A stretch of 24,440 nucleotides of DNA from Deinococcales bacterium (lineage in GTDB: Bacteria; Deinococcota; Deinococci; Deinococcales; JAAFIG01): NCBI GenBank assembly GCA_043778225.1, contig JAYWGM010000050.1:1-24440 (forward strand). Reading direction: 5' to 3'. Of this stretch, positions 1 to 8,744 are shown one piece after another. Numbering within the stretch: the first letter of the stretch is position 1; the number at the start of each line of letters is the position of its first letter. Made by a program: the position numbers and the translations under genes. The notes under the pieces are model-generated. The model was not told where the DNA came from. It worked only from the letters and a program-made list of their open reading frames with translations, and made no database searches.

Positions 1-464
1 AGGGTTTTTAAGGCATGTAAAAAACCAGCTTGGGGTTTTACAAAACCAGTTGTGTCTGGTGCAAGGGATGCTCCAAAAACCAGCCCGTACTGCTCGAGAA
101 CAAAGTTTTGGTACTTGGCTAAACCATTTGTACCAAGCGTTAAAAGCCAGCCCTTGGCATCGAGTTTTTCCAGCGCTCGCTGTGTATCGGGGTAGAGCAG
201 GGCTTCATCCCAATGCGCCTCAGTTGCCACCTCGAGAACCCGAGGCAGGCGCGGTGCGTTGTGGGCGGCACAAATTTGGTCATGAATGTCATCCCAGTCA
301 AACGCCGAGACGGGATTATCCGAAGCAAAACGCTTTTGGTACTCGAGCCTAAAGCCCTCGGACAGTTCAAGGCTTGAAAAATCCTCGCGCAGCCGCTTAA
401 AAACAGTCTTACCCATCGGCGAATCTAAAAGCGTCCCATCCAAATCAAAAGAAATCCAAGCCAT
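1..464 (-). CDS. HAD-superfamily hydrolase (3' end runs off the window; not in the ORF track)
   Basis: Manual translation from ATG 464 is open to the window edge: MAWISFDLDGTLLDS (motif I DxD), ...LYPDTQRALEKL...LTLGTNG (motif II), ...GFVKPQAGF (motif III K-P). TATGCT lies 6 nt before the ATG. Confidence 0.9.
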   Translation of the reverse strand, partial: MAWISFDLDGTLLDSPMGKTVFKRLREDFSSLELSEGFRLEYQKRFASDNPVSAFDWDDIHDQICAAHNAPRLPRVLEVATEAHWDEALLYPDTQRALEKLDAKGWLLTLGTNGLAKYQNFVLEQYGLVFGASLAPDTTGFVKPQAGFLHALKT

Positions 465-534
465 GGCAAGAGCATAAGAGGAAAAGGAGGAAAGAGAAAG
501 GAAGAAAACCCCAATCTGTCTCTTTCCTCTGTAT

Positions 535-1452
535 TTAATCCTCTGCCACACCAAGCGCCAAGCGCCACTGGAGTGCCAAACTCGAGAAAGCCGTGCTGGG
601 GGTGGCATAGCGCTCCAAAGCATGAAGCGTGGTCTCGAGGGCGGTGTCTGCCTTGACGCGAACAGCAGGAGGCAAGGCTCGCAGTGCAAAGCGCAAGGTG
701 TCTGGGGTCAGCAAACGGTCAAAGTTTTTCTCGAGTTGGTCGGCGGCGGTTAGGGCTTCAAGTACGCCCAATTGCAATTTCTCGAGAAAAGTTTTGGCAG
801 AGGCAAGAGCAGTTTTGGTTTTTTCGGATTCGAGAATCAACCCCGGGCGACCCGCTGCAAATGCCAAGAGTTCTGGGTCTATGACCTTCATGTGTTGCTC
901 GAGAATCGCATCTGGCACAGGCGGCACACGGTAACGCTGCGAACGTGAAACAATGGTTGGAATCATCCCCGAGGCATCCTCGGTGATAAAGACAAAACGG
1001 GCTTGGTGCGGCGGTTCTTCGACACTTTTTAAGAGTGCATTGGCGGCTGATTCGTTCAGGAATTGTGCGCCGTCAAAAATAATCACTTTATGGCGGTAAC
1101 GCGGCGAAAGTTCGATAAATTCAATCACATGGGTTTCAAAATCTTTGCCTGTGTCGTGCGAAGCACTGATTGCCCCAATTGGAATCAGGCTGACTCGGGC
1201 GCGTTTACCGGTGCTGGTTTCTTCACGTGGCGAAACCAATAAAACATCTGAATGCGAACCTGATAAGAAATTTTGACACGAAGCACAAACCCCACACGGC
1301 TCGAGACCCGTTGGTGCTTTGCAGTTCAGGCGCATGGCATACCAGTTGGCTAAACCACGCCGTCCGACTCGGGCTGCCCCTTCAAGAATAATGCTGTTGG
1401 CATTTGTTTGCTCGAGTAAAGGCTTAATCGCTTCGTGACCAATCAGTTTCAT
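535..1452 (-). CDS. holB: DNA polymerase III subunit delta'
   Basis: Degenerate Walker A (GAARVGR), zinc module LNC...EPCGVCASC, AANALLKSVEEPP and IPTIVSRS motifs of the clamp-loader delta' subunit. Confidence 0.88.
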   Translation of the reverse strand: MKLIGHEAIKPLLEQTNANSIILEGAARVGRRGLANWYAMRLNCKAPTGLEPCGVCASCQNFLSGSHSDVLLVSPREETSTGKRARVSLIPIGAISASHDTGKDFETHVIEFIELSPRYRHKVIIFDGAQFLNESAANALLKSVEEPPHQARFVFITEDASGMIPTIVSRSQRYRVPPVPDAILEQHMKVIDPELLAFAAGRPGLILESEKTKTALASAKTFLEKLQLGVLEALTAADQLEKNFDRLLTPDTLRFALRALPPAVRVKADTALETTLHALERYATPSTAFSSLALQWRLALGVAED

Positions 1453-2207
1453 CTGCCTAAATCCAAGCGCGAAGCCAAGGCTTCGGGCAGCCCAGCAGCT
1501 CGAATTTTCTTTTGGGCAGCAGCAATATCGTAAGCCACACGGTAAATCTCGAGCAATTTAGCGTTGGTGTCAAAAATCCCATAACTGGCTTTGGGGTTGC
1601 CATCTCGAGGTTGCCCAACACTGCCCGGATTGACAATCCAACGCCCTTTGGGTGGCATTGGCAAACGGTTTTCGTCTTCGGTACAGGCATGAAAAATCGT
1701 CAGGGCGGTGTTGTTATCTAAACAGGCAAAAACGCCAGCCAAATGCGAATGTCCAACAAATGCCAGCTTTCCAGCCCAATTCTTAAAAATGACTCGAGCC
1801 ACATTGACATTATCCACATATTCTTTGGGGTCTCGAGGCGAACCATGAATAAAAGTTACGGCTGCACCATCCAAGCGCACACTGGCTTGTTCGACCCATG
1901 TTTGCATCCAACCAAGCTGACTGGGCAGGAGTTGCGACATATTTAAGCGCAGACTTTGACCAACAGGAGTATCGGTTTTGATGTTTTTGCCCTGTGCCAT
2001 TTCTAAAAGCATGATGTCGTGGTTGCCCAGAATCGAGCGTGGTTTAAGCAGTTCGAGCCGTTTAACAACCGCTCCGGCATCTGCGCCATAACCAACCGCA
2101 TCGCCCAAGAAAATCGTTTGCTCAAAATTGTGTTTGCTGGCATCGGCTAAGACGGCATCTAAAGCATCTGAATTACTATGAATATCGGCAAGCAGCAAAT
2201 AACGCAT
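1449..2207 (-). CDS. Calcineurin-like metallophosphoesterase
   Basis: Motifs DIHSN, LGDAVGYG, GNHD, HGSP, GHSH, NPGSVGQPRDG. Start moved to ATG 2207 (MRYLLLADIH) with GGAG upstream. Stop overlaps the holB start (ATGA). Confidence 0.92.
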   Translation of the reverse strand: MRYLLLADIHSNSDALDAVLADASKHNFEQTIFLGDAVGYGADAGAVVKRLELLKPRSILGNHDIMLLEMAQGKNIKTDTPVGQSLRLNMSQLLPSQLGWMQTWVEQASVRLDGAAVTFIHGSPRDPKEYVDNVNVARVIFKNWAGKLAFVGHSHLAGVFACLDNNTALTIFHACTEDENRLPMPPKGRWIVNPGSVGQPRDGNPKASYGIFDTNAKLLEIYRVAYDIAAAQKKIRAAGLPEALASRLDLGR

Positions 2208-2302
2208 TATAAATCTCCAAACGCCAAAAACGGGCAAAAGTATACCAAGATAAACCAAGTATACATCTTGCAGCAAAAATACCAAAAAAATGTTTGGGCA
2301 AC

Positions 2303-2443
2303 TCAAATCTGTACAAGTTCAGCTACCAATCAAAACGTCAGCGGTTCAGCTACCAATCAAAACGTCAGCGGTTCGGCTACCAATCAAAACTCGAGCGGTT
2401 CAGCCTTTTATAACAGCCATTCAAATCTGCACAGGTTCAGCTA
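2303..2443. repeat. Array of five 23-bp units (mostly 27-bp period) related to the 3' end of degV
   Basis: Units at 2303, 2330, 2357, 2384 and 2421 (TCAAA-n9-GTTC(A/G)GC). The first four are separated by CCAA; the last is the true degV 3' end. Confidence 0.9.
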
Positions 2444-3263
2444 AGACCCCATATGTACCCGGTCCAACGTGTGCCGAAATGACCGCGCCACACTCGACCA
2501 CCGCAAATTCTTGAACCCCAAGTTTTTTACCTTCTTCTCGAGCCGCCATCACATCTTCGGGTTTATCGGTGTAGACATAAACCGCTCGAACCTGCCCATG
2601 CTTGGCGGTGTACTCGCGCAAATTTTTGACCACATTCTCGAGTGCCGCCCGTGCGCCGCGCTCACGCCCAGCAGCTTCGATTTTACCGTCCACCAAATGC
2701 AGAATCGGTTTGAAACCAAGTAAACCACCCAAAAGCGCCTGAGCGCCACCAATCCGACCATTTTTCTTTAAGAAATCTAGACTCGCCACCGAAAAGCGTA
2801 AATTGGTCTGGGCAATCAGCTTCTCGAGCGTGGCTTGAATGCTTTGGATGTTTTCGCCAGCCGCCGCCAAACGCCCTGCGCGTTCAAGCATCATCGTCAA
2901 CGAGCCACTGGCGGCTTTGGAATCCACGACCGTGATTTTACCAGCAAAATCTCGAGCCGATAATTCGGCTGAATTGTACGTGCCACTGAGCTTACTCGAG
3001 ATGTGCAGACTCAGCACATGGTCGTGGTTTTGCAGTAAGCGCTCGTACTCTCGAGCAAAATCTACGGGGGTGGGCTGACTGGTGCTGGGCATGGCAGCCC
3101 CAGCTTTAACCCCATCAAAAATATCGTGGGTGCTAATCTCGATGCCATCTTTATGGACTCCGCCCTTAAAATTAACGTACAACGGCACAACTGTTACACC
3201 CATTTGGGCAGCTTGGGCGGGTTTTATATCCGAAGTCGAATCGGTCACTAGGGCAATTTTCAT
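2421..3263 (-). CDS. DegV/FakB family fatty-acid-binding protein
   Basis: MKIALVTDSTSD, PSTSQP, HISSKLSGT, FLKKNGRIG, FKPILHL, ISAHVGPG. Start set at ATG 3263. Confidence 0.93.
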   Translation of the reverse strand: MKIALVTDSTSDIKPAQAAQMGVTVVPLYVNFKGGVHKDGIEISTHDIFDGVKAGAAMPSTSQPTPVDFAREYERLLQNHDHVLSLHISSKLSGTYNSAELSARDFAGKITVVDSKAASGSLTMMLERAGRLAAAGENIQSIQATLEKLIAQTNLRFSVASLDFLKKNGRIGGAQALLGGLLGFKPILHLVDGKIEAAGRERGARAALENVVKNLREYTAKHGQVRAVYVYTDKPEDVMAAREEGKKLGVQEFAVVECGAVISAHVGPGTYGVLAEPVQI

Positions 3264-3293
3264 GATGTCCAAAAGACTAGCACTCTTGGGGCG

Positions 3294-3345
3294 GTCAAAT
3301 GAAGACCCACATCACTTATCGTCAAATGAAGACCTACATCACTTA
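3294..3345. repeat. Tandem duplication with 27-bp period upstream of degV
   Basis: GTCAAATGAAGACC(C/T)ACATCACTTA occurs at 3294 and at 3321. Confidence 0.9.
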
Positions 3346-3395
3346 GGAATTGTCCGTTAATAACTTCCCGATTTGGAAATGAATCATCATTAACT

Positions 3396-3505
3396 GTAAG
3401 GGCGAGGCATCTTGACCATATACACGCACCTACGGGCATGGTCGCAAGCCCCGCCCCTACGACAAAAACTGTTTTCAGCCGTAGGGGTTGGGCTTGCCTA
3501 ACCCC
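3396..3505. repeat. GTAG-class REP/REPIN-like inverted repeat element
   Basis: GCAAGCCCCGCCCCTACG (3444-3461) is inverted against CGTAGGGGTTGGGCTTGC (3480-3497). The right copy is GTAG followed by the hairpin GGGGTTGGGC-TT-GCCTAACCCC. A degenerate GTAAGGGCGAGGCAT...CGCACCTAC precedes them. Confidence 0.65.
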
Positions 3506-3537
3506 ACCATTTACGGATTTTATTCTTGGACAAATCC

Positions 3538-3969
3538 TTATCGGATTTTGCTGCTTTCGGTGTTGGCATGAAACTCGAGGTATTTGAGCCACGCCTTGGC
3601 GCTTAGGTCGCCCATCATGTTGTGCGCCACTTTGCCTTTGGCAGCCTCGAGCAATGGTGTTAATGCCACCAATTCACGGCGGGTTTCCTTAAAGTCGGCT
3701 AATAAGCTGTTCCAAGCACTGTCTTTTGGTGGATAATAGGCTTGGCTCGAGTCCATGACCAATGGTTTTTCGTTCAATAGCACCCGCAACCGATTTAAGC
3801 CCCAGCGTTCGATGGCGACAATATGCGCCAAGGTCTTTCTCGAGGCTGGGCTTTCGCCAGCTTTTTCACAACGCTGGACTATTTTTGCGCCACTGCCCTC
3901 GAGTTTCTGCACATAAACGCCAGTAGACACTTGATTCTCGAGAAAAAGTCCAGCCAAAAACTTGAGCAT
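3538..3969 (-). CDS. DinB-like superfamily protein (putative)
   Basis: LAHIVAIERW and a C-terminal H-x4-DLSAKAWLKYLEFH pattern resemble the DinB/YfiT four-helix family. Start set at ATG 3969. Confidence 0.55.
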   Translation of the reverse strand: MLKFLAGLFLENQVSTGVYVQKLEGSGAKIVQRCEKAGESPASRKTLAHIVAIERWGLNRLRVLLNEKPLVMDSSQAYYPPKDSAWNSLLADFKETRRELVALTPLLEAAKGKVAHNMMGDLSAKAWLKYLEFHANTESSKIR

Positions 3970-4019
3970 AAAAGACTGTAACCTAAAGCTGCCAAGTTTT
4001 TTGTGGCAATTCACCATTT

Positions 4020-4033
4020 TGTAAGCGCTATCG
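4020..4033. promoter_or_regulatory. Candidate LacI-family (cre-like) operator
   Basis: TGTAAGCGCTATCG resembles the TGWAARCGYTWNCW consensus and lies about 40 bp upstream of the SBP start. Confidence 0.4.
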
Positions 4034-4072
4034 GTTAAGCTGACAATTGCATTACAATTTTAAGGAGGATTT

Positions 4073-5827
4073 ATGAAACGACGTTTAATCGCGCTGTCCA
4101 TGCTCTTATCGGTCTCGACCGCTCTTGCAGCCGACAGCAAAGGCGCACCGCAAATGACCGCCATGCCAAAGCTGGGCATTCAGGAAGGTAAATACGGCGG
4201 CAGTTATACCTTAATGATTCCAGCCGCCCCCGGTAGCTTTAATTATTATGGCATTACCGACAACAACGCCTATACCGTACTTGGCAATGCTTTTGAAGGT
4301 TTGGTCGAGTACAACCTCGAGACCTACAAAATGGAACCCAGCTTAGCCCAGTCTTGGACAACCTCTGAGGATGGTAAGGTCTATACTTTTAAGCTGCGAC
4401 GCGGAGTTAAATGGCACGATGGTCAGGATTTTAATGCCGATGATGTGGTTTTTACCTTTAACAACATGATTCTAAACCCACAAGCTCGAGGCAACAGTGC
4501 GGCAGGCTTTCCGGCTGGCACAAAATTTGAAAAAGTAGACGAGTTCACGATGCGAATGACCATGCCTTCACCGTCTGGGGCAATTTTGCAGCAATTACGA
4601 ACTTTTATCATGCCCAAGCACAAGCTCTTAAAATTTAGCATCGAAGGTGGGGCTGCACCCGCCGAAATCAACACACCTTGGGGAACAAACAGCAACTTGG
4701 CTGATATTGTCGGCACAGGACCGTTTAAGTTTAGCAGCTACACCGCCGACCAAAAAATTGTCATGGCAAAAAATGCCAATTACTGGAAAGCCGATGCTTT
4801 TGGCAACAAATTGCCGTACATAGATAGACTCGAGTACCTGATTATCAAAGACAGCAACGCCCAAATTGCCCAGATGAAATCGGGTGGTATTGATGCGCTG
4901 AACATCACGGGTGCGCTTTTTCCAGAACTCAAAGCCGCCGAAGTGGCTGGAGCAGCTTTTAAGGTGGTTCGTGCCGCCGCGCTTTTTGGCAGTCCACCAC
5001 ACTTGGCTTTTAATTTTGATGCCAAAGACCCAGAATTGGCACGGCTTTTTAGCAACGATAAATTCCGTCAAGCCATTCAGCCAGCCGTCAATCGCAAACG
5101 GATTATTGATGATATTTTTAATGGACTTGCTGAATTGCCCGGCACACCAGTTGCTCCAGTCTCGAGTTGGTATTTTGACACCCGTAGCTACTTAGGCAAT
5201 TACGATTTGCGTGCCGCCAATGCTGCGCTTGATGCTTTAGGCTTAAAAGACACCGATGGCAACGGAACTCGAGATTTTGCTGGTGGCAAAGAAATCGAAT
5301 TTAGCCTGATTGCTCCAAACGATAACCCATTTTTCCCCGGTCATCTGATTGCACCCGTTATTCAAGCCGACTTAAAAAGCATTGGCATTAAAGCCAATTT
5401 GCAAATTCTGACCACCAGTGCGACTTTTTCCAAAGCCAATGCTGGAGACTTTGAAGCCGCTATTTATGGATTTGGCAATCAACCCGACCCACAACTCCGC
5501 AAAGCCATTTGGCAACCGGGTGGCGATTTGTACTACTGGCACTCGAGCTTACGTCCAAAGCCCGGGCAGCCAATCAGCAAAGCCAACATGAAAAGCTGGG
5601 AAAAGCGCTTATTTGATATTTTTGAAGAAGCCTCGAGAATCACCGACCAAGGCAAACGCGGCGCACTGTACGACGAATGGCAGCTTTTGAATGCCAAGTA
5701 CCTGCCGGTCATCATGATTGCCAAGCCTGCCAACATTGCAGTCGTCAGCAATAAAATTGGTAATTTTGTCTATAACCTCGGTCCGATTCCTTCGTATGTG
5801 ACCAACCAGATTGTCTACAATAAGTAA
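4073..5827 (+). CDS. ABC transporter substrate-binding protein, family 5 (OppA/AppA-like)
   Basis: AAGGAGG RBS, Sec signal peptide (STALA-A), EGLVEY...PSLAQSW...YTFKLRRGVKWHDG...ADDVVFT and VGTGPF motifs. Confidence 0.93.
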   Translation: MKRRLIALSMLLSVSTALAADSKGAPQMTAMPKLGIQEGKYGGSYTLMIPAAPGSFNYYGITDNNAYTVLGNAFEGLVEYNLETYKMEPSLAQSWTTSEDGKVYTFKLRRGVKWHDGQDFNADDVVFTFNNMILNPQARGNSAAGFPAGTKFEKVDEFTMRMTMPSPSGAILQQLRTFIMPKHKLLKFSIEGGAAPAEINTPWGTNSNLADIVGTGPFKFSSYTADQKIVMAKNANYWKADAFGNKLPYIDRLEYLIIKDSNAQIAQMKSGGIDALNITGALFPELKAAEVAGAAFKVVRAAALFGSPPHLAFNFDAKDPELARLFSNDKFRQAIQPAVNRKRIIDDIFNGLAELPGTPVAPVSSWYFDTRSYLGNYDLRAANAALDALGLKDTDGNGTRDFAGGKEIEFSLIAPNDNPFFPGHLIAPVIQADLKSIGIKANLQILTTSATFSKANAGDFEAAIYGFGNQPDPQLRKAIWQPGGDLYYWHSSLRPKPGQPISKANMKSWEKRLFDIFEEASRITDQGKRGALYDEWQLLNAKYLPVIMIAKPANIAVVSNKIGNFVYNLGPIPSYVTNQIVYNK

Positions 5828-5838
5828 TCCTTTTTGAT

Positions 5839-5868
5839 AGCGCTCACCTTTGGGGTGAGCGCTTTTTT
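5839..5868 (+). terminator. Rho-independent terminator
   Basis: AGCGCTCACC-TTTGG-GGTGAGCGCT hairpin followed by a T tract right after the SBP stop. Confidence 0.9.
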
Positions 5869-5891
5869 ATTTTCTGCTACAATAGTTTTCT

Positions 5892-6563
5892 ATGACTTTC
5901 CCGAGAATCCTTTTGGCGTTTGTGCTGCTCCTTTCCTTTGCCCGTGCTGGTGATGCGGCTAACCTCGAGTTTCTAGGTTTTTCAAAAGATGGGCGCTATT
6001 TGGCGTTTGAAGAATTTGGCATGACCGATGGGATTGGTTTTCCGTATGCCAAAGTGCAAGTCGTGGATGTGGTCAAAAATACCGTCCTAGCACAAAGCGA
6101 AAAAATGCTCGAGACTGAAAACAGCACCATCGCCCAAGTTCGAGCCGCGTTAAAAGTAGCCAAAGATTCCCTACTGAACCGCTACAAAATTGCTCGAGCC
6201 AACCAAGGACAATTTATTGGTATTGCGCCCCTCGCACCCAACATCGGTGGACAGCGCAGCGAATTTATTTATGCTGGCAGAACCCATAACCTCGAGTTAA
6301 ACAGCATCTTTGCAAAACAAGCCGCCCAAACCTGCCCCGACGAAATTGCTTCACGGCTCGAGTTGACCCTGACGGTGGCTGGTAAAACCCGTATCCTGCA
6401 AAAAGACGGCTTAACCTTGCCAAAGTCACGGGCTTGTGCGCTGTCCTATGAAATGCGAAGCGCTCATCTGTACGGCAATAAACTGGCGGTTTTTGTGGCG
6501 GTTTCGCTGCCCGGCTTTGAGGGCGCAGATATTCGCTGGATGGTCATTACGACGCAGTTATGA
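5892..6563 (+). CDS. DUF2259-like secreted protein
   Basis: Signal peptide followed by GDAA..LGFSKDGRYLAFEEFG..DG.GFPYA, the DUF2259 N-terminal pattern as I recall it. Extended -10 TGcTACAAT lies 8 nt before the ATG. Confidence 0.75.
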   Translation: MTFPRILLAFVLLLSFARAGDAANLEFLGFSKDGRYLAFEEFGMTDGIGFPYAKVQVVDVVKNTVLAQSEKMLETENSTIAQVRAALKVAKDSLLNRYKIARANQGQFIGIAPLAPNIGGQRSEFIYAGRTHNLELNSIFAKQAAQTCPDEIASRLELTLTVAGKTRILQKDGLTLPKSRACALSYEMRSAHLYGNKLAVFVAVSLPGFEGADIRWMVITTQL

Positions 6564-6925
6564 GCCTCGAGGTACAAATTTTTGGTCTTCAAAAATCGTC
6601 AGAAACTCGAGCCGCCGAGCGTTTTTTTAAGGAACGCAAAATTAAAATCCATTTGGTGGATTTACTCGAGCGCCCGATTGCCAATGGCGAACTCAAACGC
6701 TTTTTGGATAAATTTGGTTGGGATAACCTGCTAGACCGTGCTGGCAAAACCTATCAAACGGCTGGTCTGGAGTACCTCAAACTTTCCGAAGAAGCATGGG
6801 TGGCTCGAGTCCAGGACGAACCACGTTTGTTGTCTTTGCCACTGGTGCGGATTGGTAAGCACCTCGCCATTGGGCGTAACGAAAACGCTTGGAAAGCGAT
6901 GCTCGAGACCGAAGTCAAAAAATAG
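6560..6925 (+). CDS. ArsC/Spx/MgsR family protein (no cysteine)
   Basis: VQIFG..KS.ETRAAERFFKE and PRLLSLPLVRIG pattern. ATGA overlap with the upstream gene. Confidence 0.8.
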   Translation: MSLEVQIFGLQKSSETRAAERFFKERKIKIHLVDLLERPIANGELKRFLDKFGWDNLLDRAGKTYQTAGLEYLKLSEEAWVARVQDEPRLLSLPLVRIGKHLAIGRNENAWKAMLETEVKK

Positions 6926-6952
6926 AAGATTAAGAACAGGGCGACCACAAAC

Positions 6953-8086
6953 TTACTTTGAGCGACCTAAAGCCTTTTTGAACGCACCCACCGCAAACTC
7001 GAGGTCGGCTTGGGTGGTGCTGCGCCCTAGTGAGAACCGAACACTGGCTCGAGCCTCGTCCTTTGTTTTGCCAATTGCCAGCAGCACATGGCTTGGCTCG
7101 AGTGTCCCCGAACTGCAAGCACTGCCCGAACTGGCTGCCACACCCTCCAAGTCTAGGTTCATTAAAAGCGCCTCGCCATCCGCCCCTGCTGCCGTCACAT
7201 TGACGTGTCTTGGGCTGCGCTGGGTTGGGTGTCCGTTGAGGCTGACCCCCTCAAAGCTGGTCAGTTGGGCTGCAAACCAATCGCGCATTGGCTCGAGCCG
7301 TGCAGCTTGCGAGGCTTGCAAATCGGCGGCTTTTTGGGCTGCAAAACTCATGCCAACAATCGCGGGAACATCCTGAGTCCCACCACGAAAGCCACGTTCT
7401 TGCTGACCGCCATACAAAAGAGGCGACAGCACAAAACCGCGTTTCTCGAGTTCCCGCGAAACCCACAACGCCCCGATTCCCTTGGGTCCATAAAACTTGT
7501 GGGCTGCCAAAGAAAGTAAATCACAACCCAAGTCGCGCACACTCAAAGGCACATGACCAAGGCTTTGCACCGCATCCACATGAAAAGGAATCCTGTGTTC
7601 CTTTGCCACGACAGCAATCTCCGAAATCGGCTGAATCGTACCCAGTTCGTTATTGACGTGCTGCACCGAAATCAGCTTGGTCTGGGGGGTAATGGCTGCC
7701 TTGACTTGAGCAGCACTGACCATACCAAATTGGTCTGGGGTAAGAATTGTGGCACAAACCTGACCCAATTTCTCGAGCGCCCGCAACGGCGCTAGAATTG
7801 CGCTGTGTTCAACGGCAGTGGTAATAACATGACCACCCGACAGCAACACCGAAAAAAGGGCTTGATTATTGGCTTCTGTACCCCCAGAGGTAAAAACCAA
7901 TTCTTGGCTCAGCACCCCCAAAACTCGAGCCAGCCGTTCCCTTGCCTCCTCAAGTGCTTCTTTGGCTGCCGAACCCTCGCGGTGCAGACTCGAGGCATTG
8001 CCCAATAAAAATTGGTATGGGCGCATCTGCACTTCGACTTCGGGGTCAAGTGGTGTGGTGGCGGCAAAATCTAAATAAACACGCAT
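6953..8086 (-). CDS. iscS: Cysteine desulfurase, IscS/NifS group I
   Basis: YLDFAATTP, FTSGGTEANN, HVDAVQ, AAHKFYGPKG (PLP Lys), SSGSACSSG (catalytic Cys). Start set at ATG 8086. Confidence 0.93.
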   Translation of the reverse strand: MRVYLDFAATTPLDPEVEVQMRPYQFLLGNASSLHREGSAAKEALEEARERLARVLGVLSQELVFTSGGTEANNQALFSVLLSGGHVITTAVEHSAILAPLRALEKLGQVCATILTPDQFGMVSAAQVKAAITPQTKLISVQHVNNELGTIQPISEIAVVAKEHRIPFHVDAVQSLGHVPLSVRDLGCDLLSLAAHKFYGPKGIGALWVSRELEKRGFVLSPLLYGGQQERGFRGGTQDVPAIVGMSFAAQKAADLQASQAARLEPMRDWFAAQLTSFEGVSLNGHPTQRSPRHVNVTAAGADGEALLMNLDLEGVAASSGSACSSGTLEPSHVLLAIGKTKDEARASVRFSLGRSTTQADLEFAVGAFKKALGRSK

Positions 8087-8174
8087 AAGGTCTAAAGGCA
8101 AGGTGAAAAGGTTAAAGGGTTAAAAGGTTAAAAGAGAAAAACTTTTCACCTTTTTTACTTTTTCCCTTTTAACC

Positions 8175-8660
8175 CTAGTCATTCGCCATCGGCAGGGGCA
8201 TTCCGCTTTGGGTGGCGGGGTTAGCGAGTAATCTGGCTTTGGTGGCAGCATCGGCAAACTGTGCCTCGAGCAGTAAATCCTTGAGAGTGGCATTGCCCAA
8301 GACATCGCGGATAGCAGAGTCCACCCGCCGCCAGAGGCTTTCTGTACCGCACGAAGACACATGGGTGCAACTGCTCGAGTCCTCGATACACGAAACTGGA
8401 GCGATGCTGCCTTCCATCACCTCGACGACCTCGAGTGCCGAAATAAGTTCGGGCGCACGGGCGAGTTTATAACCGCCAAATGCCCCACGGACACTGCGGA
8501 TAAAGCCAGCCCGTCGCAAGTTAGAAGCAATTTGCTCGAGGTAATGCTGCGAAATACTCTGGCGTTCTGCCACATATTTAAGCGCCACCGATTCGCCGTT
8601 GGCGTTAGCGATTTCGACAAGGGCGCGAAGTCCGTACTGAGCTTTGGTTGAAATCCACAT
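8175..8660 (-). CDS. Rrf2 family transcriptional regulator (IscR/CymR-like)
   Basis: STKAQYGLRAL, YLEQI, SVRGAFGGYKLAR and three Cys (C-x6-C-x5-C). Directly upstream of iscS. Confidence 0.92.
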   Translation of the reverse strand: MWISTKAQYGLRALVEIANANGESVALKYVAERQSISQHYLEQIASNLRRAGFIRSVRGAFGGYKLARAPELISALEVVEVMEGSIAPVSCIEDSSSCTHVSSCGTESLWRRVDSAIRDVLGNATLKDLLLEAQFADAATKARLLANPATQSGMPLPMAND

Positions 8661-8706
8661 AAAGTTACTCCTAGCGAACTGAGAATGATTCCTAGTTTAA
8701 CACATA

Positions 8707-8731
8707 AATTCCGTACTGTTCATAAGGAATT
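8707..8731. promoter_or_regulatory. Candidate Rrf2 autoregulatory operator
   Basis: 25-bp interrupted palindrome AATTCC-n13-GGAATT about 50-70 bp upstream of the Rrf2 start. Confidence 0.5.
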
Positions 8732-8744
8732 AAGACTCATGTTG

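Noticed and set aside
2303..2443. Possible mini-CRISPR array
   Set aside because: The spacers are 4 bp and identical, the units mirror the degV 3' end, and there are no cas genes.
2178..2514. Plus-strand ORFs with repeated peptides (SATNQNVSG, VQLPIKTSA)
   Set aside because: They are by-products of the 27-bp tandem repeat, antisense to real genes and without an RBS.
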